The position numbers and the translations under genes were made by a program. A stretch of DNA of 64,000 nucleotides from Lama glama (taxonomy: Eukaryota): positions 15,812,001 through 15,876,000 of the forward strand of contig CM052818.1 in assembly GCA_028534125.1 (NCBI GenBank), read 5' to 3'. A model generated the notes under the pieces. That model saw nothing but the letters and a program-made list of their open reading frames with translations. It searched no databases and was not told the DNA's origin. How positions within the stretch are numbered: position 1 is the first letter of the stretch; each line of letters starts with the position of its first letter. This document shows positions 24,362 through 36,660 of this stretch, piece by piece.

Positions 24362-25726
24362 GTCTCCAGCAAGTGGTGTTGGGAAAACGGGACAGCTGCA
24401 TGTAAATCAATGAAGTTAGAACACTCCCTCATTCCATACACAAAAATAAACTCAAAATGGCTTAAAGACTTAAATATAAAACAAGACACGATGAATCTCC
24501 TAGAAGAAAATATAGGCAAAATACTCTCTGACATAAATCTTAGCAATGTTCTTCTAGGGCAGTCTACCAAGGCAATAGAAATAAGAGTAAAACTAAACAA
24601 ATGGGACCTAGTTAAACTTATAAGCTTTTGCACAGCAAAAGAAACCATAAGCAAGACAAAATGACAACCTACGGAATGGGAGAAAATATTTGCAAATGAT
24701 GCAACTGACAAAGGCTTAATTTCCAGAATATATAAACAGCTCATACAACTTAATAACAAAAAAACAAACAACCCAATCCAAAAATGGGCAGAAGACCTAA
24801 ACAATCAATTCTCCAATGAAGATATACAAATGACCAACAGGCACATGAGAAAATGCTCAATTATCACTAATTATCAGGGAAATGCAAATCAAAACTACAA
24901 TGAGGTATCACCTCACACCAGTCAGAATGGCTGTCATTCAAAAGCCCATGAACAATAAATGCTGGAGAGGGTGTGGAGAAAATGGAATCTTCCTACACTG
25001 CTGGTGGGAATGTAGTTTGGTGCAGCCATTACGGAAAACAGTATGAAGATTCCTCAAAAAACTAAAAACAGACTTACCATACAATCCAGCAATCCCACTT
25101 CTGGGTATATATCTGGAAGGAACTCTAATTTGAAAAGATACATGCACTCCAATGTTCATAGCAGCACTATATACAATAGCCAAGACATGAAAGCAACCTA
25201 ATGTCCATCGACAGATGACTGGATAAAGAACTTGTGGTATGTTTATATAATGGAATACTACTCAGTCATAAAAAATAATAAAATAATGCCATTAGCAGGA
25301 ACACCGGTGGACCTAGAGATCATTCTAAGTGAAGTAAACCAGAAAGAGAAAGAAAAATACCATATGTTATCACTCATATATGGAATCTAAAAGAAAAAAG
25401 AGAGAAAAAAAAGGACACTATGAACTCATCTATAAAACACAAACAGACTGGCTGACTTAATACAATCTTATGGTTAGCGGGGAAAGGGGGTGGGAAGGTA
25501 TAAATTTGGGAGCTTGGTATTTATAATATTTAGCCACTATATACAAAAATAGATGTTTAAAAACTTTCTGCTGTATAGCACAGGGAACTATGTTCAATAT
25601 CTCTTACTAATCTTTAATGAAAAATAGTATGAGAACAAATATATGTATGTACATGCATGACTGGGACATTGTGCTGTATACCAGAAATTGACACATTGTA
25701 CCTGATGGTACTTCAATTAAAAAAAA
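24362..25726 (+). mobile_element. Young 5'-truncated L1 (camelid-type) with ORF2 C-terminus, full 3' UTR and poly(A)
   Basis: Peptide KWCWENGTAACKSMKLEHSLIPYTKINSKWLKDLN..KWDLVKLISFCTAKETI is L1 ORF2p. The 3' end is gcatgactgggacattgtgctgtataccagaaattgacac..cttcaattAn. TSD aaaatatagaactt (24348-24361) / aaaatacagaactt (25727-25740). Confidence 0.95.
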
Positions 25727-26089
25727 AAAATACAGAACTTTTCCTCAACCTAAAATTCCTGTGGTGCACAAAGGTCTGTGCATGTGTGCATTTATTCACT
25801 TCTAAATTTCAGTAATGTGCCATAAATGTAACATTTTTGGTGTATTATTTATATTTTAGGTTTTTAAAAACTGTATCTTTATGTAATTTTATTTTGGGGG
25901 AAATTCCTCTAGGAATTATAATATGCATTCAATTTTCCAGAGCCTATTTATAATTAATATTTTACCACTTCAAGTGGAATGTTGGTATCTTAAAACCATG
26001 TCTCTTTCCTCTTTCCTTTCTAAAGTTCTAGTTGTAATGGATTGTATAGCTATATACATTGGGCATTCTGCTGCATGATACAATTTTTG

Positions 26090-27930
26090 TTTTCTGCTGA
26101 TACGTATATTTTAAAGAATTTAAGATGGAGGCAGTCTATTATATCTATCTAGATATTTAGCATATCTGTTGCTTTTCCTGCATTACACAAGTTCCAAGTT
26201 TCCTTTTGGTATCACTTCCTTATTCTGAAGAACTTACTTTAGCACTTCTTTTAGATTAAATATGCTAGTGAGAACTTTTCTTAGTTTTCCTTCATCTGAG
26301 GATGAGGATGCCTTTATTTTGTCTTGAATCCTAAAGAATATTTACACTATATGTACTCCTTGATGTCACTCATTCTTTTATTTTAGCACTTTAAAAATGT
26401 TCTGTTGACTTCTGGCCCTTATAGTTCCCTTTAAGAAATCAGTAACAATTCAGATACTGTTCTCCTATATGTAATGTCAGTTTTTGCCTATCTTTAAGAT
26501 TTTATTTATATTTGATTTTTAGTAGTTATAATTTATTTGGGTAGACAGTTCTTTGATTTTTCTTCTAGTTTGGACTTGCTGAGCCTCTTAAATCTCTAAA
26601 CTTACACCTTTTACCAATTTGGGATGATGCCTGCCTTTATTTCTTCAGTATTGTTCCACACCACACTTTCTCCTGGCTGTTTGGCACCTACATGACACCA
26701 AATGTAGACCTTGTTATACTGTTCCACAGGTACCTGAGGTACTGTTCATGTTTTATTTTTCAACTTTTTTCTCTCTTAATCAGATTAGATAACTTTTATT
26801 GATCTATCTTCAAGTTCAGACTCATTAGCTTTACCATTGAGTGCATTCAGTGGGTATTCTTTGTCATGTTTTTCATTTATATAATTTTCACTCCTAAAAT
26901 GATTATCTAAAAAATATCTCTCATTTCTCTACAGAGACTTTCTACCTTTTCATTTATTTCAGAAGTGCTTCTCCTTAGTTTTTATAGAATGATTAGGAGA
27001 GATGCTTTAAAATCTTTGTCTCTTAAGTCTAACATCTTGGCCAATTTGGGGCTGGCTTCTGTCAGTTTTCTTTTCCCTTGAGACTTTGTCAAAGTTTCCT
27101 GGTTCTTTGTCCCTTGCTTACTTTTTGATTGTATACTGAATGTTTTGAATATTATGCTATGAGATGCAGACCTTGTTTAAAGCCTGTGGAGAATACAGTT
27201 GTTATTTTTACAGTAAGTAATTAGCCACGTTAGGTTTTAGCCAGAAGTTTCAAGCTGCATTCTGTGGATTCTGATTTCAATGTTTGTCATTTTCAAAGCC
27301 TTTGCAGGGCTATTTGTATCTGTTCCAAAATGTCTGCTATCCAAGGGCCAGTCTTAGACCTAAGTGGCGATCTACTCGATCGATTTTTCTCAAAGGCTTC
27401 AGTATAAAGGTCAGGTCCATGCATATGTGAGGTCAGGGGTGAGCCCATGGGTTCATACACAATTTTATGGGATCCCTTTTTCAAGAGGCTTCTTCTTTGT
27501 TCCTTTCTGAACATTCTCCAGGTCCAACTCCTCTCTCTTCTTGGCTAGAACACTGGACATTTAGTATCCCCACTCTGCTCTATTCTTTCCATAACAGAAG
27601 CTGGAGAGAAAAGCAAAAAGATAGCAAGGAATTTCCTCTGTTGTTTGTAGTCTCCCCTCTCCCACAGACTGAGAGAGAAGGGATAACCTTGGAGCTCTTT
27701 CTGTCTGCAGTCTGTGCACAGTTCTGAGATGTGCAGTGTGTTTGAACATAGGCTGAGAAATATAGGAGGAAAGGAAAAATACAGATTCGTTGCCACATTA
27801 CCTGTTCTTTGAATCTCAGTTCCTTCCCTGATTTCCCTTCCTCATTTGCATTTCAGAGTCCAGAGACAGTTGCATTCACCGGGGTTGGGGGACAGGATTT
27901 ACGTGCATATTCTACCTTAGAACTGAAACA
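26090..27930 (-). mobile_element. Ancient L1M 5' region/ORF1 remnant
   Basis: T-rich reverse ORF1-like sequence (tttagcacttctttta..ttagcactttaaaaatg..gacttctggcc..ttgatctatcttcaagttca). Confidence 0.7.
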
Positions 27931-29034
27931 TTCATAGTTATAAAGTAAGATTTACATGTCTTCTTTTAACCTGGTTTCTAAGAAATCTTCCTTTTATGTC
28001 CAAATTAACTTATTTAAAAAGGAAATATAAAGGGAATTTCTTTTTTTTTCTAGTTTCTCACTAGCTATCAAGTCCTTTTTCTCTCTTTGAAGGGAGAAGG
28101 TGGAGTGTTTAAACAAGATCTCATCACACTCTTTCTAGAACAAGAATTCTAACTCTAATAGGTAAAACTTTTCTTTTCCAGAAATCATTTCTCTAGAGAA
28201 GAAATAAAAGAAGTGTCCACACTTGGTAACTGACTTTATCTCCCCCTGCCCCCCAGCACATTTTCAGAATAAGAGAAGCCAAAGAGAGGAAAAGAGAGGT
28301 TACTACAAATATTGCTGATATCCACAGAGGGATTCAGTATGTGATTTCTGGGAATTATTTCCCAGTACTATCTTCTTTAGGGTTAGTGCAAGTGAATGTT
28401 TATTGCTGTTCAAAGAAAAAAAAGAAACCAAGCAAATGTAAATAAAACATTTGAGACACTATACTGGTAAACATTAAAAAAAAAAAAGATAGAAAGAAGT
28501 TTGGCCCAGAGTAGATTCTGACACTAAGAATCACACAATGCACAGAAAAAGCTTGAGTAACCACAAACTAGACTCAGCACCATCCACCTAGCACCCTCTT
28601 CTTTTTCGTGACTCAAATGCAACTGAGTCGACAATGCTTCATTCTAAAATCTAAATTCTAGGTGTTGGTCTTCTAAATATTATCTTTTCCAGAACCTTCC
28701 AGTGCTTTATCCAATGCCTGGCACAACATCAGTTTCCTATCTCCTGCCATAGTTATTAGTTTGTGAAGGCAAATGAAGTGCATTTTTCTTTTTCTTGTCT
28801 TTTATTTTTCCGGGAAAAGCTTATTGCAAAGCTGAAACTTAAATGCAGAATTCCCATTTCCAAAGCCAATTCACTTTCCATCATATTAAACTGATGAGAA
28901 ACTAGGAACTGTTCCTTTAACAATCTCTTCATGCCTAAACCCTAATTTATGCTTTATATTATAGCTCCAACTTCATTAAGCAGTTCCCCATTCTTCTGTA
29001 GGAATGCAGGCTACAGAAGTAGATAAAAGCAAAT

Positions 29035-29200
29035 CATGTCCTGGTTATTCCTCTGACCAGCTGTGCAGCTGTGAATAAGTCACTTGACATCTCTGAACCT
29101 TACTGTCTTCATCTGTCAAGTAAGGATGTTAAGAAGACCCTTTCACAAGGTTTTTGCAGCCAGTCCATTAATAACTCTGTAAATGTTAGCCGCTTCTGCA
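29035..29200 (+). mobile_element. MIR SINE
   Basis: accagctgtg..aagtcacttgacatctctgaaccttactgtcttcatctgtcaa. Confidence 0.7.
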
Positions 29201-31299
29201 CTTATCACAATCATCCTTTTATTATGGTTGAGTGAATATGTTTCCCTTACATGATTAGAGAACTCAAGGACACTTAGACATTATCTACATCATTTTTCAG
29301 GTAAAAATCCTGAAGGTCAGAGGCTCAGAGTGATTTTTTTCTAAAGGACACAGATATAGGTAGTATGACAAGAAGTAGCCAGGTCTTAATGAAGTATCAT
29401 TTTCAAAGGATGAACCTCATAATGTTTTAGATGGATAACAGGAGAAGCTCAGCAACCCATATGGCAAGAAAGGCTTCAGTGCCTGCTTGATTTTTAGTTT
29501 ACACGCTTTTTTCCTGCCTGAAAACAGGCCAGGCAAAGGTGAATCAGAGGTATATCGAATGCAATGGCTTCTGGGCTGGGGCAAACAAAACAATCAGGTG
29601 ATTCTCCTTAATGCTGATTAGCAGGCTGCTGAGGACTTTTCAAAAGAGGTGAATTATTTTAGTGTTAGTAAGTCAGACCCAAAGTATATTAAACTCTCAC
29701 TTTTCATCTGTGTTTGCCATGCCATTCCATGTGCTGATTTGCTTCAGCAAAATTGTGACCTATTTTCCAAGCACTTAATACACTGATGCTAATGCAGAGG
29801 TCTTTGTGAATATCTTCTGGTCACTGGATTGAGACAGAATGTTCGTTCTTTTCAATCTGTGAAGTGCAGACAGAAATGAGTGGGCTGTGGAATGGATTTG
29901 CCATGCATGGCTGCTACTTCGCATTATTGAATATGCTCTCAGTCTCTTAGCATTCTTGGGTGTCCATTTTCAGGGACAGGGACCCATTTTGCTTCTGGGG
30001 GTTTTTTGCAGGTAATCAATAAACTGCAAATACAACTGCTGAAACTTGCTTTGTCCCCTAGACCACTTCTTTCTTTAGGTGCTTCAGATTCAGAGGCACT
30101 AGAGTCTCCAATAAGGGCTGCTTTGACTTTTTAAAAATTAACTGAAAATATAGTTAATATTCCAAAGTAGCTCTATGAATAAAATACTGGCTACAGAAAT
30201 TTCTTTGTGATTGCTCTTTAAAGAATACATCAGGGTGCCGGGACTGGGAGAAGATGAAGCTGAGAATGTTGTGGGGTGGAATCAGGTCTGTCCCCATTCA
30301 AAATTAGTGAGTGTAGGAGGACAGTCTATGCCTCTTGAACCTTCTTTTACTTTACTTTTAAACCTCATTAGCCAAGTGCCCTGTAAATTACCCTACTCTG
30401 GTCAAAATCTCTGGAAAGGATCTAAGAAGCCATCTCACATTAGGTTTAAAGGACTGATCCAACTTTCACTGTTACTCCTAACTGGTATATCTGAACTTGG
30501 ATAGATAAAACCCAAGATAAATGAGGGATGCTTTACTGGTATATTCAGAGCTATATTTACAATCTTTATTTGGCAGAATAAAAAGGTTCCTATGATCATA
30601 TATGTCTGCCTTTGTGTAAAACTGTACTAGATTTGGATCACTGCCTTCCTTGACACCCCTTCCTAGTAAAATCTTCCTCCTTGACTGCAGAAACCATTGC
30701 ATGATCTCACTCCATTCCCTGAAATCACAGCCAATTGGGCCTTGAGAAGGAAATGCTCCAAGGTTTCATTTATTAACTTGGCAGTAACAATGGATTGTAT
30801 AGCCTGGCGTAGAAGAAAGAGTTGGGCCAAACCGATTCCTCTCTGGGGAGCATCCTTTATTTCTCTTCTCACTTTCCACGGCAACACTGAGTCATGTTCT
30901 AGAGAGGTCAGACACTGGGGCAAATCAAGTTTGGTATCATTGTTCCCACTCTTTGACTCATTGATTTCTTTTGCCGAGATCTGTTCCCATGGCAACAACA
31001 GAGGCCACTTGGGTGAAGAAGCTCAGCTAGAGCAATGAAACTCGAAGGGATCCATTTCATCTTTGTCTCCACTTGGCAACCTTTTCAGATGCTACTGACT
31101 GCCTCATAGGTCACCCTGTCCTCGAGTCCCTAGGATACCTCCGATGGATTTAAGAGCATCTTTATTTCTTTCCCCATTAAGAGAGGGCACTTTGTTTTTC
31201 CTGACACAGAAAATAGTTTTACTTTCTCAGAAGCTTTTGTTTCATATACTTCGATTCATAATACTCAGTTATGGAATCCATGAAGACAAGCAAGGATAG

Positions 31300-31710
31300 A
31301 ATTGCCTCTCATGCATCACTCCCTCCAAGAGGCCTTTGCCTGGGCCATTTCCCTGGCATAGCAAGCTCTCCCTCTGTGCCAGCCCGCCCTCACCTTGCTC
31401 CCTTTCTTCAGCCCCATCAACTCGCACTGACTGTTTCCCTCCTAGTTCTAATGTCACTGCTCTGGCCGCTCAGACTGAATTAGGTTTCACTGCTTTTTCT
31501 GTCCATAGCTCCTCTTAATTCTTCAAAGCATTTATTATAGTTGGTAATTATATATTTTTGTAATTTTTAAAATAGTATTTTTTCCAAACTAGGCTCTGAG
31601 TCTCCAAAGATAGGGTACCTGGCTTTTTGGTTTATCATTGAAGCGGCAACACCTAGCATGATGACTTACAAAGAATAGGCTTGATAAAGATTTATTTATT
31701 GAATGGATGC
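31300..31710 (+). mobile_element. L2 LINE 3' end
   Basis: aggcctttgcctgggccatttccctgg..cacctagcatgatgac..taaagatttatttattgaatggatg. Confidence 0.65.
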
Positions 31711-31767
31711 AAGAATCTTTAATTTCTCCCTTCTTAAGGCTAGAGTCAAGTTGACAATTTATCCAGA

Positions 31768-32130
31768 TGTATTGGTCAGCTCGGGACACCATTACAAAGT
31801 ACCATAGACTGGGTGGCTTAAACAACACAAATTTATTTCTTATAGTTCTGCAAGCTGAGAAGTAAAAACTCAGGGCACCAGCCAACTTGGTGAGTGCTCT
31901 CTTTCTGGCTTGCAGGTGGCCACCTTCTCCTTTGAGCAGTCACATGGTGGAGGAGGGAGGGAGGAAGAGAGACCTTTTTTTAATAAGTCCACAATTTTAT
32001 TGGATTAGGGTTCCACGTTTAAAGACCTCATTTAACCTTTATCACTTCATCACAGACCTTATCTCCAAACACAGTTACATTGGGGGTTAGGGCTTTAACA
32101 CATGAACTGCAGGAGGGAGGGTGGGAGCAC
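31768..32130 (-). mobile_element. MLT1A0/B MaLR solo LTR
   Basis: tgtattggtcagctcgggacaccattacaaagtaccatagactgggtggcttaaacaaca..gacctcatttaacctt..gggggttagggctttaacacatgaa. Confidence 0.88.
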
Positions 32131-33519
32131 TTTTTTGCCCATCCACCTGGGTTAAGCTTATTTGACCTGAAGTGTTCCCAGTTCTTCCAGCAGGTAACTT
32201 ACTACTTTGCACTTTCCTGCCTCTCTCTTTTGCAAGCAAACCATTATCTTTATGGCTTCCTGATACACTTTACAGTTTCTTTTTCTCTCCTTCTTGTCTC
32301 TTTGTTGCTGTTTGGCTTTCAAGAAAATAAAAATCTTTTTCAAATTTTATTGTTTTCTCAGATTTTCAAGTTCTGGTGCAGCATGCCCAATGCAGAAGTG
32401 TATGACTATAAGCAAGACTCAAAGATCATTATTGATTCACTAAGATAGTAAACATATTTCCAGTTACACTTTCTGTGTTTGCCACTACATATCGCTGGGC
32501 TTTGATATTCTCTCTATGGTTTTTATTTTCCTCTAGATCATATCCTTGACTGAAGGTGAACTCTGGTTCTTGATAGTCTGCCTTCACAAAAAAAGTCTTC
32601 TATTTGTCTGCAAGGGTTCTGTTTAAATTTTAAAATCATTTTTATTACTCTGTACAAGGGAGTCATCTGGAAATGATATTCCTTTATAAACTGCCCTTGA
32701 CAAATATTGTTTTTCTCTTGTGTAAAAAGCTCCTTTTCCTGTTTTTTTTCTTCTTCAAATAGCCATTGGCAGTTCTCTGATTGAGAATGCAATGCTACCA
32801 GAGGAACAGCTCTTGCCAAGTGAGAAGAGTTTATTTTTTAAAATTCCTCCAGCTTTTATGTTATATGTAATCAAAAGTGCACTATTTTATATTCTTCCCT
32901 TTTCTCTCAGTTTTGGTTTAAATTTCTTTTCTGTAATTGATTTTTTCAGTTTTCATTGAACTTGCAAATGAATGCAAAAATCTGTTATAATAAACTTTTA
33001 GTTTGTTAATTCACTGCTGGGTTGGCTGGTCATTTCTGAGGGAGTAAGAGTTGCATCAGGTGTGAAGCAGGTGAGTGAACAGGCTATGTGAATGCTGATT
33101 TTGAAGGTCTACAGTGAATAACACTGCAATGGAATAAGCAGTTTCAGGCTAACTTAATGCATTAACGAGGCTGTCATAGTGACTAGAACTGTGAAACACG
33201 ACATAAGCCTCCTTCCTTGCCACCTCACCCTCTTTGAATCTCATGACACTCCAGACTCCTTTTAAGATCCTTTTCAAAGGACGGATTTTACATCTTTCTG
33301 ACTCATTCAGAGTAGAGCTGGCACATTTATGACAAAGGTGACTGGGTAAATGGCAATAATGTAAAACAGGGCAAAATCCCACCATCTAGGTATGCTAATT
33401 AATCTCCTGCCCTATGGATCTATTTATATTTAGACAGAATCAATGATCAATTTATGTATTGAAGTGTTACAACTAAAATGTTATATATATTTTTATCTAT
33501 ATGTATTGAATATCTATTT

Positions 33520-34170
33520 ATGTTCCAGAAGATAATGCAAAATGAAGCCAGATTGATCATTCTCTCTACCTTCAAGGATATTATAGTCTATTAAGAAAAA
33601 AATATATAATAGATGAAGGACGTAGGAGAGAGGGAGAGAATGATAGAGAATATAACTAAGTGTATAGGAATTCAGAGGAGGGAGTGATGATTGTCATTTA
33701 ATTTATGGAAATAGAAGAAGGCTTTCCAGCACAGAGGCACTTGTATACTGCCATCTGAGGGATGAGTGAGGGTTGGACAAATGGAAAAGATAGAGTGGGT
33801 ATTCAGGCAGAAGGAAAAGCAAAGGCCCAGGTGAAAGAAATAACACAGGCATTTGCTCCCTAAACAGGCTAGAAAGGCAGGACTAGGAGAGAGAAAGAAA
33901 ACATTAAATGTCAGTTAGATTTTACACATTATTCTGAAGATCTTGGGGGATTTGAAATAGGGTTGTAGAAATAGAGAGGAGGAGATAGCAGAAAGTTTTA
34001 TAGGTAGAATTGATTGGACTTGACAACTTATTAAGGGGCAAGGGACTAGCAGTCAAATCTGAGTCTGTGGTTTTAATCCTGGGTGATTGGCAGAAGGATA
34101 TTCTTTGAAAAAGAAATGATGAGGCTAAGAACAAGGTGCTTTAGAGAAGGAAATATTTGATTTCAGAAGT
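33520..34170 (-). mobile_element. L2 LINE fragment
   Basis: Purine-rich reverse L2 (ccttcaagga..atagtcta..tataggaattcagaggagggag..ttcaggcagaaggaaaagc). Confidence 0.6.
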
Positions 34171-35736
34171 AAAATTATGTTCCTATAGAACACTCCCAAG
34201 CCCCACTCATTTAAAGGAATACATAGCTCTCATCCAGAGTGTAGACTTAATGCTTTAATCCAGATACAATTCTCAGAACTTCATGTTTGAGAGAAATTTA
34301 TAAAATCGTCTCTGTGCCAGTCGATACCCTTTGTTGCCTTCTATTTTGTTAAATGAGGTAACATGATAATTTACTATTTACATTTATTTTGTTTTCACCT
34401 AAGGTGCAAACAAGAAAGAAAAGAGTTGTATAAAGGGAACCCCAAAATAGGCCACATACAAGGAGGCAGAAGCATTAAAAAAAAAAAAAAAAGACATGTT
34501 GAGGAAGCAAATGGGAACATGGGTGAGGATAGCCTGTGCGATGACAGAAAGCACTGACATTCAAACTGGATCCATCTGATGGCTCTGGGCTCTAGGATAC
34601 AGATATAGATACTGTTTCAAAGGAGTCTCCACAGAACCACTTGTCCAAGCCTGGGGAGTTCTAACTGGTGTCAGAGCTCTACTTATTCTGAGGATTCTGG
34701 CCAATGGTCTATAGCAGTATAAAGTTCTATGATATGTGGAAACCACTGGAAAAGGCTGTGCCTAGAGTGTAGGTGTTAAGTGGAAAAGTGGTTATATGGA
34801 AGAATCTCAAGGTTCTTATTATGAAAGAAAAGGTGTGTTTGTGCATCTCTTGTGTGTGTCTGTGTGCTTAACAAATATTTTGTTTAAATAAGAAGAAAAA
34901 TTACTTTGTTCTAATTTCTCCTCAAGTGTTCTTTAGCTTTTGACCTAAACCCCAGTGAGATTTTTTTTCTTTTTAAACACGAAGACTTTAAAGAGTACTT
35001 GAGTTCTTTTCAGCAAGACTTTTTTTATAATTCTCAATTTCAATTGCCTTTGAGAAAACGATAACAAAAGAATCAAATCACACTTTCTCATTTGCTCATA
35101 TCATCTGATTGATAGACTAGATATTTATGGTGTTAGGAAGATGTAAAAGCTATTGGCTGTCTTAAGAAATTTGTTGATCTCTATTATCTTCAAATTCCAA
35201 GGGTCAGCTGAAACATATCAGCAATATCTAAGCTCATGTTCTCCCACCCAAGTCTATTTAAAATCTCCAGTCTCATTTCGAGTTTTGCAGCAAGTGCATG
35301 GAAACAGATAATGGGAAGGTGCTATTTGATAAGCCTCCTTTTTTCTTTCTTTCAAAACTAGTAAGTAGAGTAAATCTTGAATTTCCTTCAAAGTAAAAGC
35401 AAAGCTAAGTAGACTAGATTGAAAAATTCAGACAAATTATCAAGAGACAGCCTAGGTGAGTAGGGATCTAAATCCCAGGCAAGCGAATTGAGGAATAATG
35501 GGTTAAACATACGAGCCAGAAGACTGGTTAATGATAAATTATGAAAAAGTCAAGTGAAGACCGTGCACAACAAAGGAGCTTGATATTACAATAACAGCTG
35601 CCTAGGCTAGGACCTTCTTGTGTATTTCATGTCAAAGGAAGGATACAGTATTCCGAATAGGGGACTGTGATTTAGATAGTGAAATGAGGAGGAAGAGAAC
35701 TAGACATAAAGTGACTGCTTCTAGTGAGATATAACC

Positions 35737-36660
35737 TTTTTTACAATTTTTAAATAAAAATTGTATATATTTTAGATCTACAACATGATGATTTGATATA
35801 CATATACATATACATATACATAATGAAATGACTATTACAGTCAAGCTAGGTATCTTTTAACATAGTTCCAATTTTGTGTGTGTATGTGTGAAATCAACTC
35901 TTAGCATATTTGCAGTATTCAGTGCATGCCGTATATTAGATGTCAAGACTTCTTTAGCCTAAATAACTGCAACTTTGTAGCCCTTGACCAACATCTCCCA
36001 TTCCCACACCCCACCCCTGGTAACCACCTTTCTACCGTCTGCTTCTATGTATTCAACTTTTTTAGATTCCACATAAGTGAGATCCTGCAAAATTTTTTCT
36101 TTCTGTGCCTGGTTTATTTCACTTAGCATGTCTTCCACATTCATCCATAGTGTTGCAAATGGCAAGATCTCCACTTAAAGGCTGAATTGTATTTATATAT
36201 ATGAAAATCATGATTTCTTTATCCATTCATCTATTGATAGATACTTAGGTGGTTTCCATATTGTGGCTATTGTGAATATTGCTTCAATGATCATGGGAGC
36301 ACAGCTATTTCCTATTTTATTTTCTTTGAGTATATACCCAAAAGGATTGTTGAGGTAGTTTTATTTTTGTGTTTTTGAGGAACCTCCATACTATTTTCCA
36401 TATTGCTGGACCAATTTACATTCTCACCAGCTGTGAACAGGAATTCCCTTTACTCCACATCCTCAGCAACAGTCATCCTTTATTTTTCTGACAATAGTCA
36501 TCCAAACACATGTGAAGTGATATCTCATTATACTTTTGATTTATATTTCCTTGATGATTAGTGATGTTGAGACCTTTTCATACACTTGTTAACCATTTGT
36601 AAGTCTTTGGAAAAATGTCTGTTCAGGTCCTTTGCATATTTGAATTGGATTGTTTAATAT
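35737..36660 (-). mobile_element. L1MA-type 3' end
   Basis: tacaacatgatgatttgatata..ccttgaccaacatctccc..cctggtaaccacc..ttttagattccacataagtgagatc..gttgcaaatggcaagat. Confidence 0.9.

Noticed and set aside
24314..25183. ORFs of 116, 152 and 81 aa as genes
   Set aside because: They are a sense L1 ORF2 fragment ending in a premature stop and the usual antisense L1 ORFs. The same applies to the ORFs at 16145-16920.
30211..32819. Cluster of 90-120 aa ORFs
   Set aside because: There is no recognisable protein similarity, most have non-ATG starts, and several overlap L2/MLT1 repeats. This is consistent with chance ORFs.
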